Shown piece after piece: positions 47,333 to 57,999 of a stretch of DNA of 64,000 nt. The position numbers were made by a program, and so were the translations under genes. Source of the DNA: Candidatus Omnitrophota bacterium (GTDB taxonomy: Bacteria > Omnitrophota > Gorgyraeia > Duberdicusellales > 4484-171); the NCBI GenBank assembly GCA_016935525.1, contig JAFGQU010000002.1, positions 98,560 through 162,559 of the forward strand, in the 5' to 3' direction. The notes beneath the pieces were generated by a model that was not told the DNA's origin, ran no database searches, and was given only the letters and a program-made list of their open reading frames with translations. The first letter of the stretch is position 1, and each line of letters begins with the position of its first letter.

Positions 47333-48136
47333 TTAATTCTGACAGACCGGGCAGAAACAAGTCCCCCGGCCGCCTACGGTTTTCTTCACTATTTCGTTTT
47401 GACACCGCCGGCACGGTTCTCCCTGCCGCTGATATACGCAGAGAAACCTCACAAATTCTCCTTGCGCCCCGTCGGGCTGTGTATAAGTATCGGTTGATGT
47501 CCCGCACTTTTTTATCGCTTTTCGTAATATCTTTCTAAGACAACGATACAGATTCCCTAATTCTTCTTTCGTGATCATATGGACATGCCGTTCGGGATGA
47601 ATACCGGCACAGAACAAAGCTTCTTGAGCGTAAATGTTCCCCAATCCCGCGATAAAAAATTGGTCCATCAATAACGGTTTTATCTTCGCCGTTTTCCCTT
47701 CAAACAATCGTATAAACTTTTTCTCTGAAAGCGTAAGCGGCTCCGGCCCCATACGCTCAAGAAACCGGACGGTACCGAGTTGACGTACCAGACGGATCTC
47801 TCCCAAAACCCGGGAATCGCAAAACTGGATAGATCGGCCGTCGGGGAGCCGAAACAATACCCGTACGCAAGGTTGAGGCGACTCATCCAGTATCAACCAG
47901 CCGCTGATCCGTAAATGGATCAAAAGATAATACTCTCCGGATAACCCGCAAATGATCATCTTCCCGCGGCGGGTGACCGAACGGATAGTTTTTCCGCACA
48001 CAACGGTTCTTAGTTTCTTCACGGTGATCTCTTTAATGACCCGCTTATCTTTGACGTCGACTCCGACAATACGTCTACCCGTCACTTCTTGAGAAAGCTG
48101 CCTACAGATGGTTTCTACCTCCGGCAATTCCGGCAT
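47333..48136 (-). CDS. mutM: formamidopyrimidine-DNA glycosylase
   Basis: 'MPELPEVE' N-terminus and a C-terminal zinc finger 'CRRCQ...CFCPVCQ'. Confidence 0.8.
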   Translation of the reverse strand: MPELPEVETICRQLSQEVTGRRIVGVDVKDKRVIKEITVKKLRTVVCGKTIRSVTRRGKMIICGLSGEYYLLIHLRISGWLILDESPQPCVRVLFRLPDGRSIQFCDSRVLGEIRLVRQLGTVRFLERMGPEPLTLSEKKFIRLFEGKTAKIKPLLMDQFFIAGLGNIYAQEALFCAGIHPERHVHMITKEELGNLYRCLRKILRKAIKKCGTSTDTYTQPDGAQGEFVRFLCVYQRQGEPCRRCQNEIVKKTVGGRGTCFCPVCQN

Positions 48137-48153
48137 GGGTTCAGACTCCGTTT

Positions 48154-48552
48154 CTATTCCTTACTCATGATTTCAACATATACTTTCCGCGTGCGCGGCC
48201 CGTCAAATTCGCAGAAATATATACCCTGCCACGTCCCCAGTTGAAGCGTTGAGGTATCGATAATAACCGATACAGAACTGCCTATACATGATGCCTTGAT
48301 ATGGGCATCGGAATTCCCTTCGAGATGGCTGTAATCTTCCCGGAAAGGGATACGGGTATTCAAATACTGGAGTATATCCCGGCATACCGAAGGGTCCGCA
48401 TTTTCATTGATGGTAAGAGCCGCAGTGGTATGAGGACAAAAAATAAAACAGATCCCCGAGGAAACACGCTGTTTTTTGATTATCGTGCTCACCGCAGCGG
48501 TAATATCGATAAACTCTTCTCTTTTTTTTGTTGATAAAGAAAAAATTTCCAT
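48154..48552 (-). CDS. YjbQ/UPF0047 family protein
   Basis: 'CPHTTAALTINENADP' and 'GNSDAHIKAS' match family motifs. 132 aa. Confidence 0.6.
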   Translation of the reverse strand: MEIFSLSTKKREEFIDITAAVSTIIKKQRVSSGICFIFCPHTTAALTINENADPSVCRDILQYLNTRIPFREDYSHLEGNSDAHIKASCIGSSVSVIIDTSTLQLGTWQGIYFCEFDGPRTRKVYVEIMSKE

Positions 48553-48559
48553 TTCGACA

Positions 48560-48811
48560 TCATCTCCTCAACAACCCGGTCAGACCGATAATAAACCGCA
48601 CAAGGAAAATACCGGCTATGGCCGCGAATGCCCAGACTACCCACTTTTTACCGGGCGACAGGCTCCTGCCGCAATAATAACAGCTGACCGCATCAGCCGG
48701 AATCGGGTTTTGACAATGAGGACAGGGTTTCGTACGATTAAAATCGAGTTGTTCGGATTGTTCGGTTACTTCCTGGAATTCAGAATATTCATTGTTCATT
48801 ACGGTCGCCAA
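48560..48811 (-). CDS. small zinc-ribbon membrane protein
   Basis: 'CPHCQNPIPADAVSCYYCG' followed by one TM helix. Confidence 0.35.
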   Translation of the reverse strand: MATVMNNEYSEFQEVTEQSEQLDFNRTKPCPHCQNPIPADAVSCYYCGRSLSPGKKWVVWAFAAIAGIFLVRFIIGLTGLLRR

Positions 48812-49316
48812 AATTCTGATATATACCGTTATATTGTTCGGTCTCGGCTATCGGCAGGAATATCAACTGGATGAGACGCGCATTTTCCTTTAAAGAAATG
48901 CCGTGCTCATTTTCAACTACGAGGATGAATTCGCTTTTGCCTTTAAACCCGGCATCCCACACCCCGTTCTGGGTAAACGCTCCCATCCGCAAAAGTGATG
49001 TCCGGGAAAAAGCTAATGCCGTAAGGGTAGCAGGCATATTCACTTTTTCATTAGTACGCACTTTATATACCCCTTTTTGCAAATACCACCATCCGAACCT
49101 ATCCTGAGGATCTTTTTTTTGCGGAGCAATTTCCTGTCCTTGAGGGACTATTCTTTCCGAATTAGAAAAATCAAGTGACCCGCCTTCGGTCCACACAAAG
49201 ATCTCTCCGGCAGTAAGGTCAAACCCGTTAGGGGTAAGCTGCACATCAAGGTCGACATATCCGGTGATGAGGCCATCTTCCCGGATCAGCTTTTTGATCT
49301 GTTCTTTATTCAGCAT
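48789..49316 (-). CDS. dCTP deaminase/dUTPase superfamily protein
   Basis: 'AFSRTSLLRMGAF' and 'DAGFKGKSEFILVVENEH' parallel the Dcd motifs RSSLARLG and DPGWSG..LE. Confidence 0.5.
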   Translation of the reverse strand: MLNKEQIKKLIREDGLITGYVDLDVQLTPNGFDLTAGEIFVWTEGGSLDFSNSERIVPQGQEIAPQKKDPQDRFGWWYLQKGVYKVRTNEKVNMPATLTALAFSRTSLLRMGAFTQNGVWDAGFKGKSEFILVVENEHGISLKENARLIQLIFLPIAETEQYNGIYQNFGDRNEQ

Positions 49317-49319
49317 ATT

Positions 49320-52300
49320 TTATTTTTTGATCTCCCGATGATAATCCTGGATGCTCTTTACCTGTAATTCTTCTTTATGCAACATCTCGATCGCCGTGGC
49401 GGATGCCACCGCGCCGGCAACGGTAGTCACTACCGGGATATTATACAGTACGGCTGCGCTGCGTATAGTCACCTCGTCTTTACGCGGGATCCTTCCCGAA
49501 GGAGTATTGATGATCAGTTGCACATCGCGGTTCTTTATGTAATCCAGGATATTCGGCCGGGTTTCCGCCAATTTAGGCAGTACCGTTACTTTTAATCCTT
49601 CTTCGTTAAGCTTTGCGCTGGTACCTTCAGTACTTAAAATTTCGAACCCTAACTTTTCGAGCCTTTTAGCGATAGCGACTATCGCGGGTTTATCTTTATC
49701 TTTTACCGAAATAAACACTTTACCCTGTTTAGGAAGTAATTGCGAAGCTGCGATCTGACTCTTCAAATAAGCTCGGCCAAAGTCGCTGTCGATCCCCATC
49801 ACCTCACCGGTCGACCGCATTTCCGGCCCCAGAATGATATCGACACCATGAAACCGGTTGAAAGGGAATACCGACTCTTTAATGCAGCGGTACGGCGGGA
49901 TTACCTCTTTTACAAATCCGATTTCTTCCAAGGTCTTACCCGACATCACTTTTGCCGCAAGTTTCGCCAAAGGAACCCCTACTGCCTTGGAAATAAACGG
50001 TACGGTGCGTGAGGCCCGGGGATTCACTTCGATCACATAAAGATTATTATCCTTTACGGCAAACTGGATATTCATCAACCCTACGATATACAACTCCCGG
50101 GCAAGCGCGTAACTTGCCTCTTTGATCTGGTGAAGCATTTCTTCGGAAAGACTGAACGTAGGCAGACACATCGCGCTGTCTCCGGAATGGATCCCAGCCT
50201 CTTCGATATGTTCAAGGATCCCGCCGATCACAAACGCATGGCCATCCCCGATAACGTCTACGTCGACTTCAATCGCATCTTCCAGGAACCGGTCGATCAA
50301 GATCGTCTGGTTCATCGACGAGACCAATGCGTTATGCACGAAACGTTCTAACGATTCTGAGTCATAGACGATTTCCATGGCTCTCCCGCCTAAGACATAA
50401 GACGGCCGGACCAGGACCGGATAGCCCAGTTTGGCGGCAAGGCCGCGCGCATCTTTTATGGTACGGGCAATCGCGCTGGGCGGCTGTTTTAATCCCAATT
50501 TATCAAGCATGGTCCGGAATTTGTCCCGATCTTCGGCCCGGTCGATATGTTTTGCTTTCGTTCCCAGGATATTGACCCCTTCCTGTTCAAGACCTAATGC
50601 CAGATTAAGCGGAGTCTGCCCTCCGAACTGCAGGATAACTCCCCACGGTTTCTCTTTCCGGACAATATTCATCACATCTTCTAACGTGATCGGCTCAAAA
50701 TACAGTTTATCGGAAGTATCATAATCGGTAGACACCGTTTCCGGATTACAATTCACCATGATTACTTCAATATCTTCTTCCCGTAAAGAAAAAGCCGCGT
50801 GCACACAACAATAATCAAATTCAATCCCCTGACCGATACGGTTGGGCCCTCCCCCGAGAATCATGACTTTTCTCTTTTTAGACGGCCTTACTTCGCATTC
50901 CGTTTCGTACGTAGAATAATAGTATGGGGTACGGGCATAAAATTCGGCCGCGCAGGTATCGACAAGTTTATAGGTTGCCTGCACCTTATACTTTTTCCTC
51001 AAATCATTTATCTTTTTCTCTGGTACCGAACGGAGTCCCGCTAGATATTTATCGGAAAATCCGTATTGTTTCGCTTTACCTAACAGATCCGCAGAAAGTT
51101 TTTTAGCGTGGACCAGCGTTTTTTCAAGATCGACGATATCTTTGATATTCTGTAAAAACCAGGCGTCTATTTTGGTCAATTCACATATTTCATCAAGCAT
51201 AAATCCTCCCCGGAAGGCATCGGCGATATAAAACAACCTCTTTTCATTGGGGACGATCAGGTATTCTTTTATTTTATCCCTTGTCTCGGCACTAACCGGA
51301 TACGGTTCCTGCCGAGATAACGATGAATACAACCCGCAGGCACCGATCTCCAGCGCCCGGATCCCTTTTTGAAGCGCTTCCTTAAAAGTCCTCCCGATAG
51401 CCATTACCTCGCCTACCGATTTCATCGAAGTAGTGAGGGTAGGATCAGCTCCGGGAAACTTTTCGAAAGTAAACCGGGGGATTTTTACCACACAATAATC
51501 CAGGGCCGGTTCAAACGATGCCGGCGTTTCCCCGGTAATATCGTTAGGGATCTCATCCAACGTGTAACCGATAGCCAATTTCGCGGCGATCTTGGCAATA
51601 GGAAATCCGGTCGCCTTTGATGCCAGAGCCGACGAACGCGAGACCCGGGGATTCATCTCGATGATCACCATCCGGCCGTCTTTAGGGTTTATTGCAAACT
51701 GGACATTACTCCCACCGGTCTCGACGCCTATCGCGCGCATCGTTTTGATCGTTGCCGTTCTCATTTTCTGGTATTGCACGTCGGTCAATGTCTGCGCCGG
51801 AGCAACCGTAATCGAATCGCCGGTATGAATACCCATGGGATCGAAATTCTCTATAGAACAGATTATTACTACATTATCATTTTTATCCCGCATTACTTCC
51901 AGTTCGAATTCTTTCCACCCCAGAAGGCTTTCCTCGATAAGCACCTCACGGATGAGGCTTAAATCCAATCCCCGCGTCACCAGTTCGCGGAATTCCTCTT
52001 TGTTATACGCGATTCCGCCGCCGGTACCGCCTAAAGTAAACGCCGGACGGATCACACAGGGTAATCCGATATCTTCCAGAATATCTTCGGCTTCCTTAAG
52101 GGTATACACCGTTTTTGAACGCGGCAGTTCGATCCCCGCTTTATGCATGGTCTCTTTAAACAATTCCCGGTCCTCAGCCCGGGCGATCACTTCTTCGCTG
52201 GCGCCGATGAGTTGGACATTATGCTTCTTAAACACTCCTTTTTTTGACGCTTCAAACGCGACGTTTAACGCGGTCTGTCCGCCGAGAGTAGGAAGGCACG

Positions 52301-52553
52301 CCTGAGGTTTTTCCCGAATAATGATCTTTTCAAGTATTTCCACCGTGATCGGTTCGATATACGTGGCATCGGCAAATTCCGGATCGGTCATGATCGTTGC
52401 CGGGTTGGAATTAAGCAGTACGACTTTATATCCTTCCTGTGTAAGCGCTTTACAGGCCTGAGCTCCGGAATAATCAAACTCACAAGCCTGACTGATGATG
52501 ATCGGACCGGCGCCGATAATTAAAATCTTTTCTAGATCATCGCGTTTAGGCAT
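49320..52553 (-). CDS. carB: carbamoyl-phosphate synthase large subunit
   Basis: 1077 aa with duplicated ATP-grasp halves. N-terminal '[25 protein letters not shown]'. Confidence 0.9.
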   Translation of the reverse strand: MPKRDDLEKILIIGAGPIIISQACEFDYSGAQACKALTQEGYKVVLLNSNPATIMTDPEFADATYIEPITVEILEKIIIREKPQACLPTLGGQTALNVAFEASKKGVFKKHNVQLIGASEEVIARAEDRELFKETMHKAGIELPRSKTVYTLKEAEDILEDIGLPCVIRPAFTLGGTGGGIAYNKEEFRELVTRGLDLSLIREVLIEESLLGWKEFELEVMRDKNDNVVIICSIENFDPMGIHTGDSITVAPAQTLTDVQYQKMRTATIKTMRAIGVETGGSNVQFAINPKDGRMVIIEMNPRVSRSSALASKATGFPIAKIAAKLAIGYTLDEIPNDITGETPASFEPALDYCVVKIPRFTFEKFPGADPTLTTSMKSVGEVMAIGRTFKEALQKGIRALEIGACGLYSSLSRQEPYPVSAETRDKIKEYLIVPNEKRLFYIADAFRGGFMLDEICELTKIDAWFLQNIKDIVDLEKTLVHAKKLSADLLGKAKQYGFSDKYLAGLRSVPEKKINDLRKKYKVQATYKLVDTCAAEFYARTPYYYSTYETECEVRPSKKRKVMILGGGPNRIGQGIEFDYCCVHAAFSLREEDIEVIMVNCNPETVSTDYDTSDKLYFEPITLEDVMNIVRKEKPWGVILQFGGQTPLNLALGLEQEGVNILGTKAKHIDRAEDRDKFRTMLDKLGLKQPPSAIARTIKDARGLAAKLGYPVLVRPSYVLGGRAMEIVYDSESLERFVHNALVSSMNQTILIDRFLEDAIEVDVDVIGDGHAFVIGGILEHIEEAGIHSGDSAMCLPTFSLSEEMLHQIKEASYALARELYIVGLMNIQFAVKDNNLYVIEVNPRASRTVPFISKAVGVPLAKLAAKVMSGKTLEEIGFVKEVIPPYRCIKESVFPFNRFHGVDIILGPEMRSTGEVMGIDSDFGRAYLKSQIAASQLLPKQGKVFISVKDKDKPAIVAIAKRLEKLGFEILSTEGTSAKLNEEGLKVTVLPKLAETRPNILDYIKNRDVQLIINTPSGRIPRKDEVTIRSAAVLYNIPVVTTVAGAVASATAIEMLHKEELQVKSIQDYHREIKK

Positions 52554-52572
52554 AAATCGTTTTTTTCCTTTC

Positions 52573-53706
52573 TTATCCTAATGAATCCACCATCTTCTTG
52601 AATTTTTCAAAAATATACCGGGCATCAAACGGACCGGGGCCGGCTTCGGGATGGAATTGAACGCTCACAATAGGAAGGGTTTTGTGCCGTAACCCTTCCA
52701 GGGTACGGTCATAAAGATTTACATGGGTAGGGACGAGCTCGTCCTGGGGGAGCGTATATTCCGGAACGATAAAATTGTGATTTTGAGAAGTGATGTCTAT
52801 CTGTCCGGTCGCATGATCTTTCACCGGATGGTTTCCTCCGTGATGACCGAACTTTAACTTCTCGGCCCTGCCTCCGAAAGCCAAACCGATGATCTGATGC
52901 CCCAAACATATCCCCATAAGTCCTACAGATAATTCTTTTCTTCTTAACTTTTCTATTATTTCCCTGGCCAGAGAAATCACATACCGAACCGGTTCGGGAT
53001 CCCCGGGCCCGTTAGAGATCACAACGGCATCCGGCTTCAGTGTAATAAGTTCCGGGAAAGAAATCCGGGCCGGCGCCACGATTACCCGGTTAAATTGTTC
53101 TTTTAAATTCCGTAAAATACTGAACTTGACCCCGCAATCGATAACGACCACGGTCTTTGTTTTTTCCGAAACTTCGCTGGCGCCGCGATATTCTAATCCT
53201 TCGGTCCACTCATACATCTCGGTACAGGTAACGGTCTTGACGAGATCACGGCCGATAATCGAAGGGGAAGCTTTTAGTTTTTCTTTTAATCGTTTCAGTT
53301 TATACTCGCCGGTAGCGATGACCCCTTTCATAGCCCCTTTTTCCCGTAACCGTTTGGTGATCATACGCGTATCGATATTCTCTATACCCACGACCTTGTG
53401 TTCTTTCAGATATTCGTCGAGGCCCTGCTGGGCTTGCCAATTAGATACTATCCTGCTGCGTTCTTTGACGATAAACCCTTCTACCTGAACACACCCGGAT
53501 TCCTTATCGTGCGCGGTTATCCCGTAATTGCCGATAAGCGGATAGGTCATACAGACGATCTGCCCGCGGTAAGACGGGTCGGTAAGGATCTCCTGATACC
53601 CGCTCATCGCCGTATTGAACACGACCTCTCCGATGGTCTCTACCTCTGCTCCGAACGCGGCCCCTTCTACACACAATCCGTCTTCTAAAAGAAGCACTGC
53701 CTTCAT
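52573..53706 (-). CDS. carA: carbamoyl-phosphate synthase small subunit (glutamine amidotransferase)
   Basis: '[18 protein letters not shown]' N-terminal domain and class I GATase 'GICLGHQ'. Confidence 0.85.
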   Translation of the reverse strand: MKAVLLLEDGLCVEGAAFGAEVETIGEVVFNTAMSGYQEILTDPSYRGQIVCMTYPLIGNYGITAHDKESGCVQVEGFIVKERSRIVSNWQAQQGLDEYLKEHKVVGIENIDTRMITKRLREKGAMKGVIATGEYKLKRLKEKLKASPSIIGRDLVKTVTCTEMYEWTEGLEYRGASEVSEKTKTVVVIDCGVKFSILRNLKEQFNRVIVAPARISFPELITLKPDAVVISNGPGDPEPVRYVISLAREIIEKLRRKELSVGLMGICLGHQIIGLAFGGRAEKLKFGHHGGNHPVKDHATGQIDITSQNHNFIVPEYTLPQDELVPTHVNLYDRTLEGLRHKTLPIVSVQFHPEAGPGPFDARYIFEKFKKMVDSLG

Positions 53707-53707
53707 C

Positions 53708-54160
53708 TTAGACTCCTATTCTTTTTCTTATATATTCAATTGCGGCCTGAGGGGTTTTCACCTTAAACACTCCTTTTATATCCCAGGTATCAATACCGAC
53801 AACGGGTTTTTCTTCATTACACCCAAACGCTATTTCCGAAAGGGTTCCGTATTTTCCATCGATAGCGATCAGGGCCAAAGATGCCCGTACGACTAAAATA
53901 TTTCGGGCATATCCGAATCCGGTAGGAATTTTCACGTCGACATACGCATTTGCCGAACGTTCATCATCCGTCGGCAAAATCCCTACGGTAAGCCCTCCGG
54001 CTTCTTTCGCTCCCCGGCAGGCGGCCTCCATTACTCCGCTCCCGCCGCCGCAAACCAGCGTCCACCGTTCTTGGGCAATAAGCGTACCCACGGTATACGC
54101 GGTTTTATACACACTCTTCGAACATTTATATCCACCGATCACTCCGATATTCATAACCAC
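53708..54160 (-). CDS. TIGR00725/LOG-like Rossmann-fold protein
   Basis: 'IGVIGG' and 'LVCGGGSGVMEAACRGAKEAGG' match the LOG/SLOG family pattern. Confidence 0.5.
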   Translation of the reverse strand: MVMNIGVIGGYKCSKSVYKTAYTVGTLIAQERWTLVCGGGSGVMEAACRGAKEAGGLTVGILPTDDERSANAYVDVKIPTGFGYARNILVVRASLALIAIDGKYGTLSEIAFGCNEEKPVVGIDTWDIKGVFKVKTPQAAIEYIRKRIGV

Positions 54161-54269
54161 GTCACGCGTTGCATAGACACATAGTCACACGTATTCAATG
54201 AATTATTTCTCCCTATTTATTTGCCAAAACCACATGTGTCCTTGTGACATGTGACTTGTGACCTGAATA

Positions 54270-54341
54270 TGTCCCTGGGCAGAATCGAACTGCCATGCCA
54301 GGCTCCGGAGGCCTGTGCCTTATCCTTTAGGCCACAGGGAC
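54270..54341 (-). tRNA. tRNA-Arg (anticodon CCG)
   Basis: Folded by hand as a cloverleaf. Acceptor GUCCCUG/CAGGGAC, D-stem GCCU/AGGC, anticodon stem CAGGC/GCCUG with loop CUCCGGA, T-stem GGCAG/CUGCC with loop UUCGAUU. CCA is not encoded. Confidence 0.8.
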
Positions 54342-54442
54342 AATATGAATACAGTAGTTTATTATCGGTCCGCCCGTACTCGCGTTGTTCTGCCTCCGGC
54401 AGAATCATCCGTACTCCCGTTTTGAACGGGCGAACGCGCTTG

Positions 54443-55675
54443 TCAAAAGAGAGTCATTTGCGGTTTTTCTGAATCTTTTTCTTTATCAAAAATTTTAATA
54501 GTCCCATATTCGCCGTCAAAACCCGGCAGGATATCAACTTGTCGGGCCCGGACTCTTTTTATGCCTTCGGCGATCTTATAATCGAGATGTGAAGAGAAAT
54601 CCTTTTCGTCCACATTCACCAGAAGATTGAACTCTGAATCGAATTCTCTTACCAGGCCGATATATTCTTTCTCGACGGCCTTGCTTGTACGGCTTACCCC
54701 TTTGGCTTCGGCAATGATCTCATCGAGCGGGATGAGGCTTTTAAAACCGATCGCACCGGGAGGGGCGACCCCTTCTTCCCGGTCAGCCAGTTCGTCCACC
54801 CGATAGAGCACACCGCGAGTCAACGGCCGCTTACAGACCGGACAGATGTTCTTATGTTCTTTGGTCTGGGACGGATGGAACCGTATGTGACAATTACGGT
54901 GCCCGTCATAATGGTATTTCCCTTCTTCGGGAAAAAATTCTATCGTGTATAAAAACTTGTTTTTATCTTTGGTCTTGAGCGCCCTCTTTATCTCCCAATA
55001 ATCCAAGGCGCATTCGAACACATTTGCCTCTCGGCCGATACGTTGAGGAGAATGGGAATCGGAATTCGAGATCAGACTGAACTTATCTAAATGCGACAGG
55101 CGCCAATTCATCGCCGGGTCACTGGACAGGCCCGTTTCCAGCGCGGTGATAAAATCAAGATGCCCCCCAAAAGCGTCCTCCAGAGAATTAAACCCGGAAT
55201 TAGACCCAAACACGCTGAACCATGGCGTCCAGATATGCGCGGGTACCAGCATGATATCTTCGGATATCCGGGCGAGTTCACCGGCTAACGCTTCACAACT
55301 CATCCCCAGTATCGGCCGGCCGTCGCTGGCCAGATTCCCATAGTGGCTGAGGCATTTATTCACCTCATAGGCCAGCGCAAATGAAGGGACCATGATAATA
55401 TTATGTACCCGGTACCCTTTTCCATGTTGAGAAAAAATATTGGACACCTCTCCGGAAAGGATAAAATGAATACCCTGCGAATATAATAATCCTTTATCTT
55501 CCCGCACCTCAAGGTCTTGTTTTAACTCTTGAAGCCAGAGATGGTGAGTAAAATCGCCCGTACCGAGAAGCTGAATACCTTTATAGTGAGCCCATTGAAT
55601 AAGGCCGGGGATATTCATATTCCTGGAAGTAGCCCTTGAGTATTTAGAATGGATATGAAAATCAGCTACAAACAT
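54443..55675 (-). CDS. endonuclease Q-like PHP-domain protein
   Basis: 'DFHIHSKYSRATS', 'LLGTGDFTHHLW', 'PAHIWTPW', 'SNSDSHSP..IGREANVF', a zinc-finger region 'GKYHYDGHRNC...CPVCKRP', and C-terminal 'ILPGFDGEYGTI'. These match the EndoQ family layout as I recall it. Confidence 0.5.
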   Translation of the reverse strand: MFVADFHIHSKYSRATSRNMNIPGLIQWAHYKGIQLLGTGDFTHHLWLQELKQDLEVREDKGLLYSQGIHFILSGEVSNIFSQHGKGYRVHNIIMVPSFALAYEVNKCLSHYGNLASDGRPILGMSCEALAGELARISEDIMLVPAHIWTPWFSVFGSNSGFNSLEDAFGGHLDFITALETGLSSDPAMNWRLSHLDKFSLISNSDSHSPQRIGREANVFECALDYWEIKRALKTKDKNKFLYTIEFFPEEGKYHYDGHRNCHIRFHPSQTKEHKNICPVCKRPLTRGVLYRVDELADREEGVAPPGAIGFKSLIPLDEIIAEAKGVSRTSKAVEKEYIGLVREFDSEFNLLVNVDEKDFSSHLDYKIAEGIKRVRARQVDILPGFDGEYGTIKIFDKEKDSEKPQMTLF

Positions 55676-55793
55676 GGTTCCGATACGGTTGCGTTGACGG
55701 ATTACGCTCTAGGCGTCCTGTTAAATCTTCTTATTATACTGCAATATTTCTTTATTGCCATGGGAAATCGCTATCCCTTCATATACCTGCCGT

Positions 55794-57071
55794 TCATCCG
55801 GCACGATAGACGACTTTACCCTGATGGATCGTACAGACCACTTTGGCCTGCACTTCCCGGCCCAGGAAAGGAGAGTTCTTTGATTTAGAGACTATATCGG
55901 TCCGTTCGATCTTCTCCGGACAATCAAGATCGACAATGACCATATCCGCGGTATTTTCTGGACGGATATACCCTTTATCGGAAAACCCGGCTATCCGGGC
56001 CGGATTGTACGACATCTTTTCGACAAGTTGCCCAAGAGTCAGCACTTTCTTTTTCACCAGACCGGTATACGATAACGCAAATGCCCATTCCAGGCCGATA
56101 AATCCGCAGGGAGCTTCTTCGAAAGGAAGATTTTTCTCTTCTTCGGAATGAGGAGCATGATCGGTAGCGATACAATCGATCACTCCTTCGGCAAGCGCGC
56201 GCGTGAGGGCAGCGCGGTCTTCATGAGATCCCAGCGGAGGATTTACTTTCCAATTTCCGTGAAAATTATTGGCCTCGACATCGTGATCGGTAAGGATCAT
56301 ATAGTGGGGAGCGGTCTCACAGGTCACGTTTACTCCTTGCGCTTTCGCTGCCCGGATGATTTCCACGCTTCTTTGCGTACTGATATGGGCAATATGGATC
56401 CGGGCGTTGAGATACCGGGTGAGTTCAATATCACGAAACACCATTATAGCTTCACTGGCACACGGTATTCCCCGAATACCGTATTTTGAAGATATTGCTC
56501 CTTCTCTCATGACCCCTCCGGCCGAAAGAGTCTTGTCTTCGCAATGAGAAATGATCAAAAGACCGAACATTTTGGCATACTCTATTGCCCGGCGCATGAG
56601 CGAAGAATTCTTCAAAGAATCCCCGTCATCGCTTAGGCTGAGACATCCGGCTTTTTTAAGCCCGCCGAATTCGGTCAATTCTTTACCTTGCCGGCCTTTA
56701 CTGATCGCGCCTACCGGATAGATATCGACAAGACCTATACTCCGGGCCTGCTCGGTGATCCATTGCGCAAGCCCTTCATTATCTAATGCCGGAGTAGTAT
56801 TGGGCATACAGAAAATCGTAGTAAACCCGCCTTTGGCGGCAGCCCGGCTCCCACTGTAGAGGTCTTCGGTATCTTCCCGGCCCGGACTGCGCAGGTGGGT
56901 ATGCAGGTCGATAAAACCGGGCAACACATATTTACCCTGAGCATCGATCTCTTTATCGACTTTTTCTCTTACCTCACCTACCGTTTCAATACGGTTATTA
57001 TGGATAAGAATATCTCCTCTTATCTTTTTGTCATGGTTTACAATATGAGCGTTCCTAATCGCTAATTTCAT
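55794..57071 (-). CDS. pyrC: dihydroorotase
   Basis: 'DLHTHLRSPG' metal-binding motif and 'DHAPH'. Start set at MKLAIRN. Confidence 0.8.
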   Translation of the reverse strand: MKLAIRNAHIVNHDKKIRGDILIHNNRIETVGEVREKVDKEIDAQGKYVLPGFIDLHTHLRSPGREDTEDLYSGSRAAAKGGFTTIFCMPNTTPALDNEGLAQWITEQARSIGLVDIYPVGAISKGRQGKELTEFGGLKKAGCLSLSDDGDSLKNSSLMRRAIEYAKMFGLLIISHCEDKTLSAGGVMREGAISSKYGIRGIPCASEAIMVFRDIELTRYLNARIHIAHISTQRSVEIIRAAKAQGVNVTCETAPHYMILTDHDVEANNFHGNWKVNPPLGSHEDRAALTRALAEGVIDCIATDHAPHSEEEKNLPFEEAPCGFIGLEWAFALSYTGLVKKKVLTLGQLVEKMSYNPARIAGFSDKGYIRPENTADMVIVDLDCPEKIERTDIVSKSKNSPFLGREVQAKVVCTIHQGKVVYRAG

Positions 57072-57999
57072 ATTCCCGCTTTCTGGTTCCGACAAGATAT
57101 AATACCGCCATCCGGACGGCAAGCCCGTTTTCTACCTGTTTAAGAATCAACGGATGCACGATTTCTTTTAATTGCGAAGAGATCTCTACATCCCAGTTCA
57201 CCGGACCGGGATGAAGGATAAGACAATCTTTTTTTGCCTTTTTTAATCTTTCGGGAGTAAGTGAGAAATTCTCTACATATTCGCGGATACTGGGAAAAAA
57301 AGATTCCTGCTGACGTTCTTTCTGGATCCTTAACATGATGACGACATCCGCCTCTTTGAGCGCCTGATCCAGGTCATCATGTATTTCCACTCCTAATTTT
57401 TCAAAATCATAAGGGATAAGCGTCGGCGGCGCGCACACGCTTACCCGGGAATTGAATTTCTGAAATCCGAAAATATTCGACCGGGCGACCCGGGAATGCA
57501 TGATATCGCCGACAATAAGTACCCGTAGATCTTCCAGGGCACCTTTCTCCTGCTGCACCGTAAACATATCCAGCAGACATTGAGTGGGGTGCTCGTTGCT
57601 TCCGTCGCCGGCATTGACAATACTTGCCGAAGTATACTGGGAAAGGTTGATGAGTGAATGAGAATATCCGATACGGATCACCAGTATATCGGGATGATAG
57701 GATTCAAGGTTCTTAATCGTATCGACGATCGTCTCTCCCTTATTTAAACTGCTCATGTTCGATGAAAAATTCAATACGTCTGCGCTTAACCGTTTCCCGG
57801 CCAGTTCAAATGATATCTTAGTACGGGTCGAGTTTTCAAAAAACAGGTTCACGATGGTCTTGCCCCGTAATGCCGGGGCTTTTTTTACTTCGCGTTGAGA
57901 CAGCTCCCGGAACGAATGGGCGATTTTGAATATCGTTTCCATTTCTTCGCGAGTGAGGTCTTTAATCCCTAAAATATGCTTTTTCTGCCAAGGCTCCAT
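57055..57999 (-). CDS. pyrB: aspartate carbamoyltransferase catalytic subunit
   Basis: 'STRTKISFE' carbamoyl-phosphate binding motif and 'HPTQ'. Confidence 0.85.
   Translation of the reverse strand: MEPWQKKHILGIKDLTREEMETIFKIAHSFRELSQREVKKAPALRGKTIVNLFFENSTRTKISFELAGKRLSADVLNFSSNMSSLNKGETIVDTIKNLESYHPDILVIRIGYSHSLINLSQYTSASIVNAGDGSNEHPTQCLLDMFTVQQEKGALEDLRVLIVGDIMHSRVARSNIFGFQKFNSRVSVCAPPTLIPYDFEKLGVEIHDDLDQALKEADVVIMLRIQKERQQESFFPSIREYVENFSLTPERLKKAKKDCLILHPGPVNWDVEISSQLKEIVHPLILKQVENGLAVRMAVLYLVGTRKREYEISD

Noticed and set aside
47322-47507. N-terminal 62 aa extension of the pabBC ORF from the track start at 47507
   Set aside because: It would overlap mutM by 175 nt on the same strand. 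An in-frame Met at about 47321 begins just after the mutM stop and the extension is Arg-rich and low complexity, so I chose the shorter start.
54217-54472. ORFs 54217..54408 (-) and 54251..54472 (+) in the tRNA region; TGTGAC triplet repeat at 54237..54262
   Set aside because: The region folds into a canonical tRNA-Arg cloverleaf. The short ORFs are artefacts overlapping the tRNA. The TGTGAC repeats are too short and irregular to call a feature.
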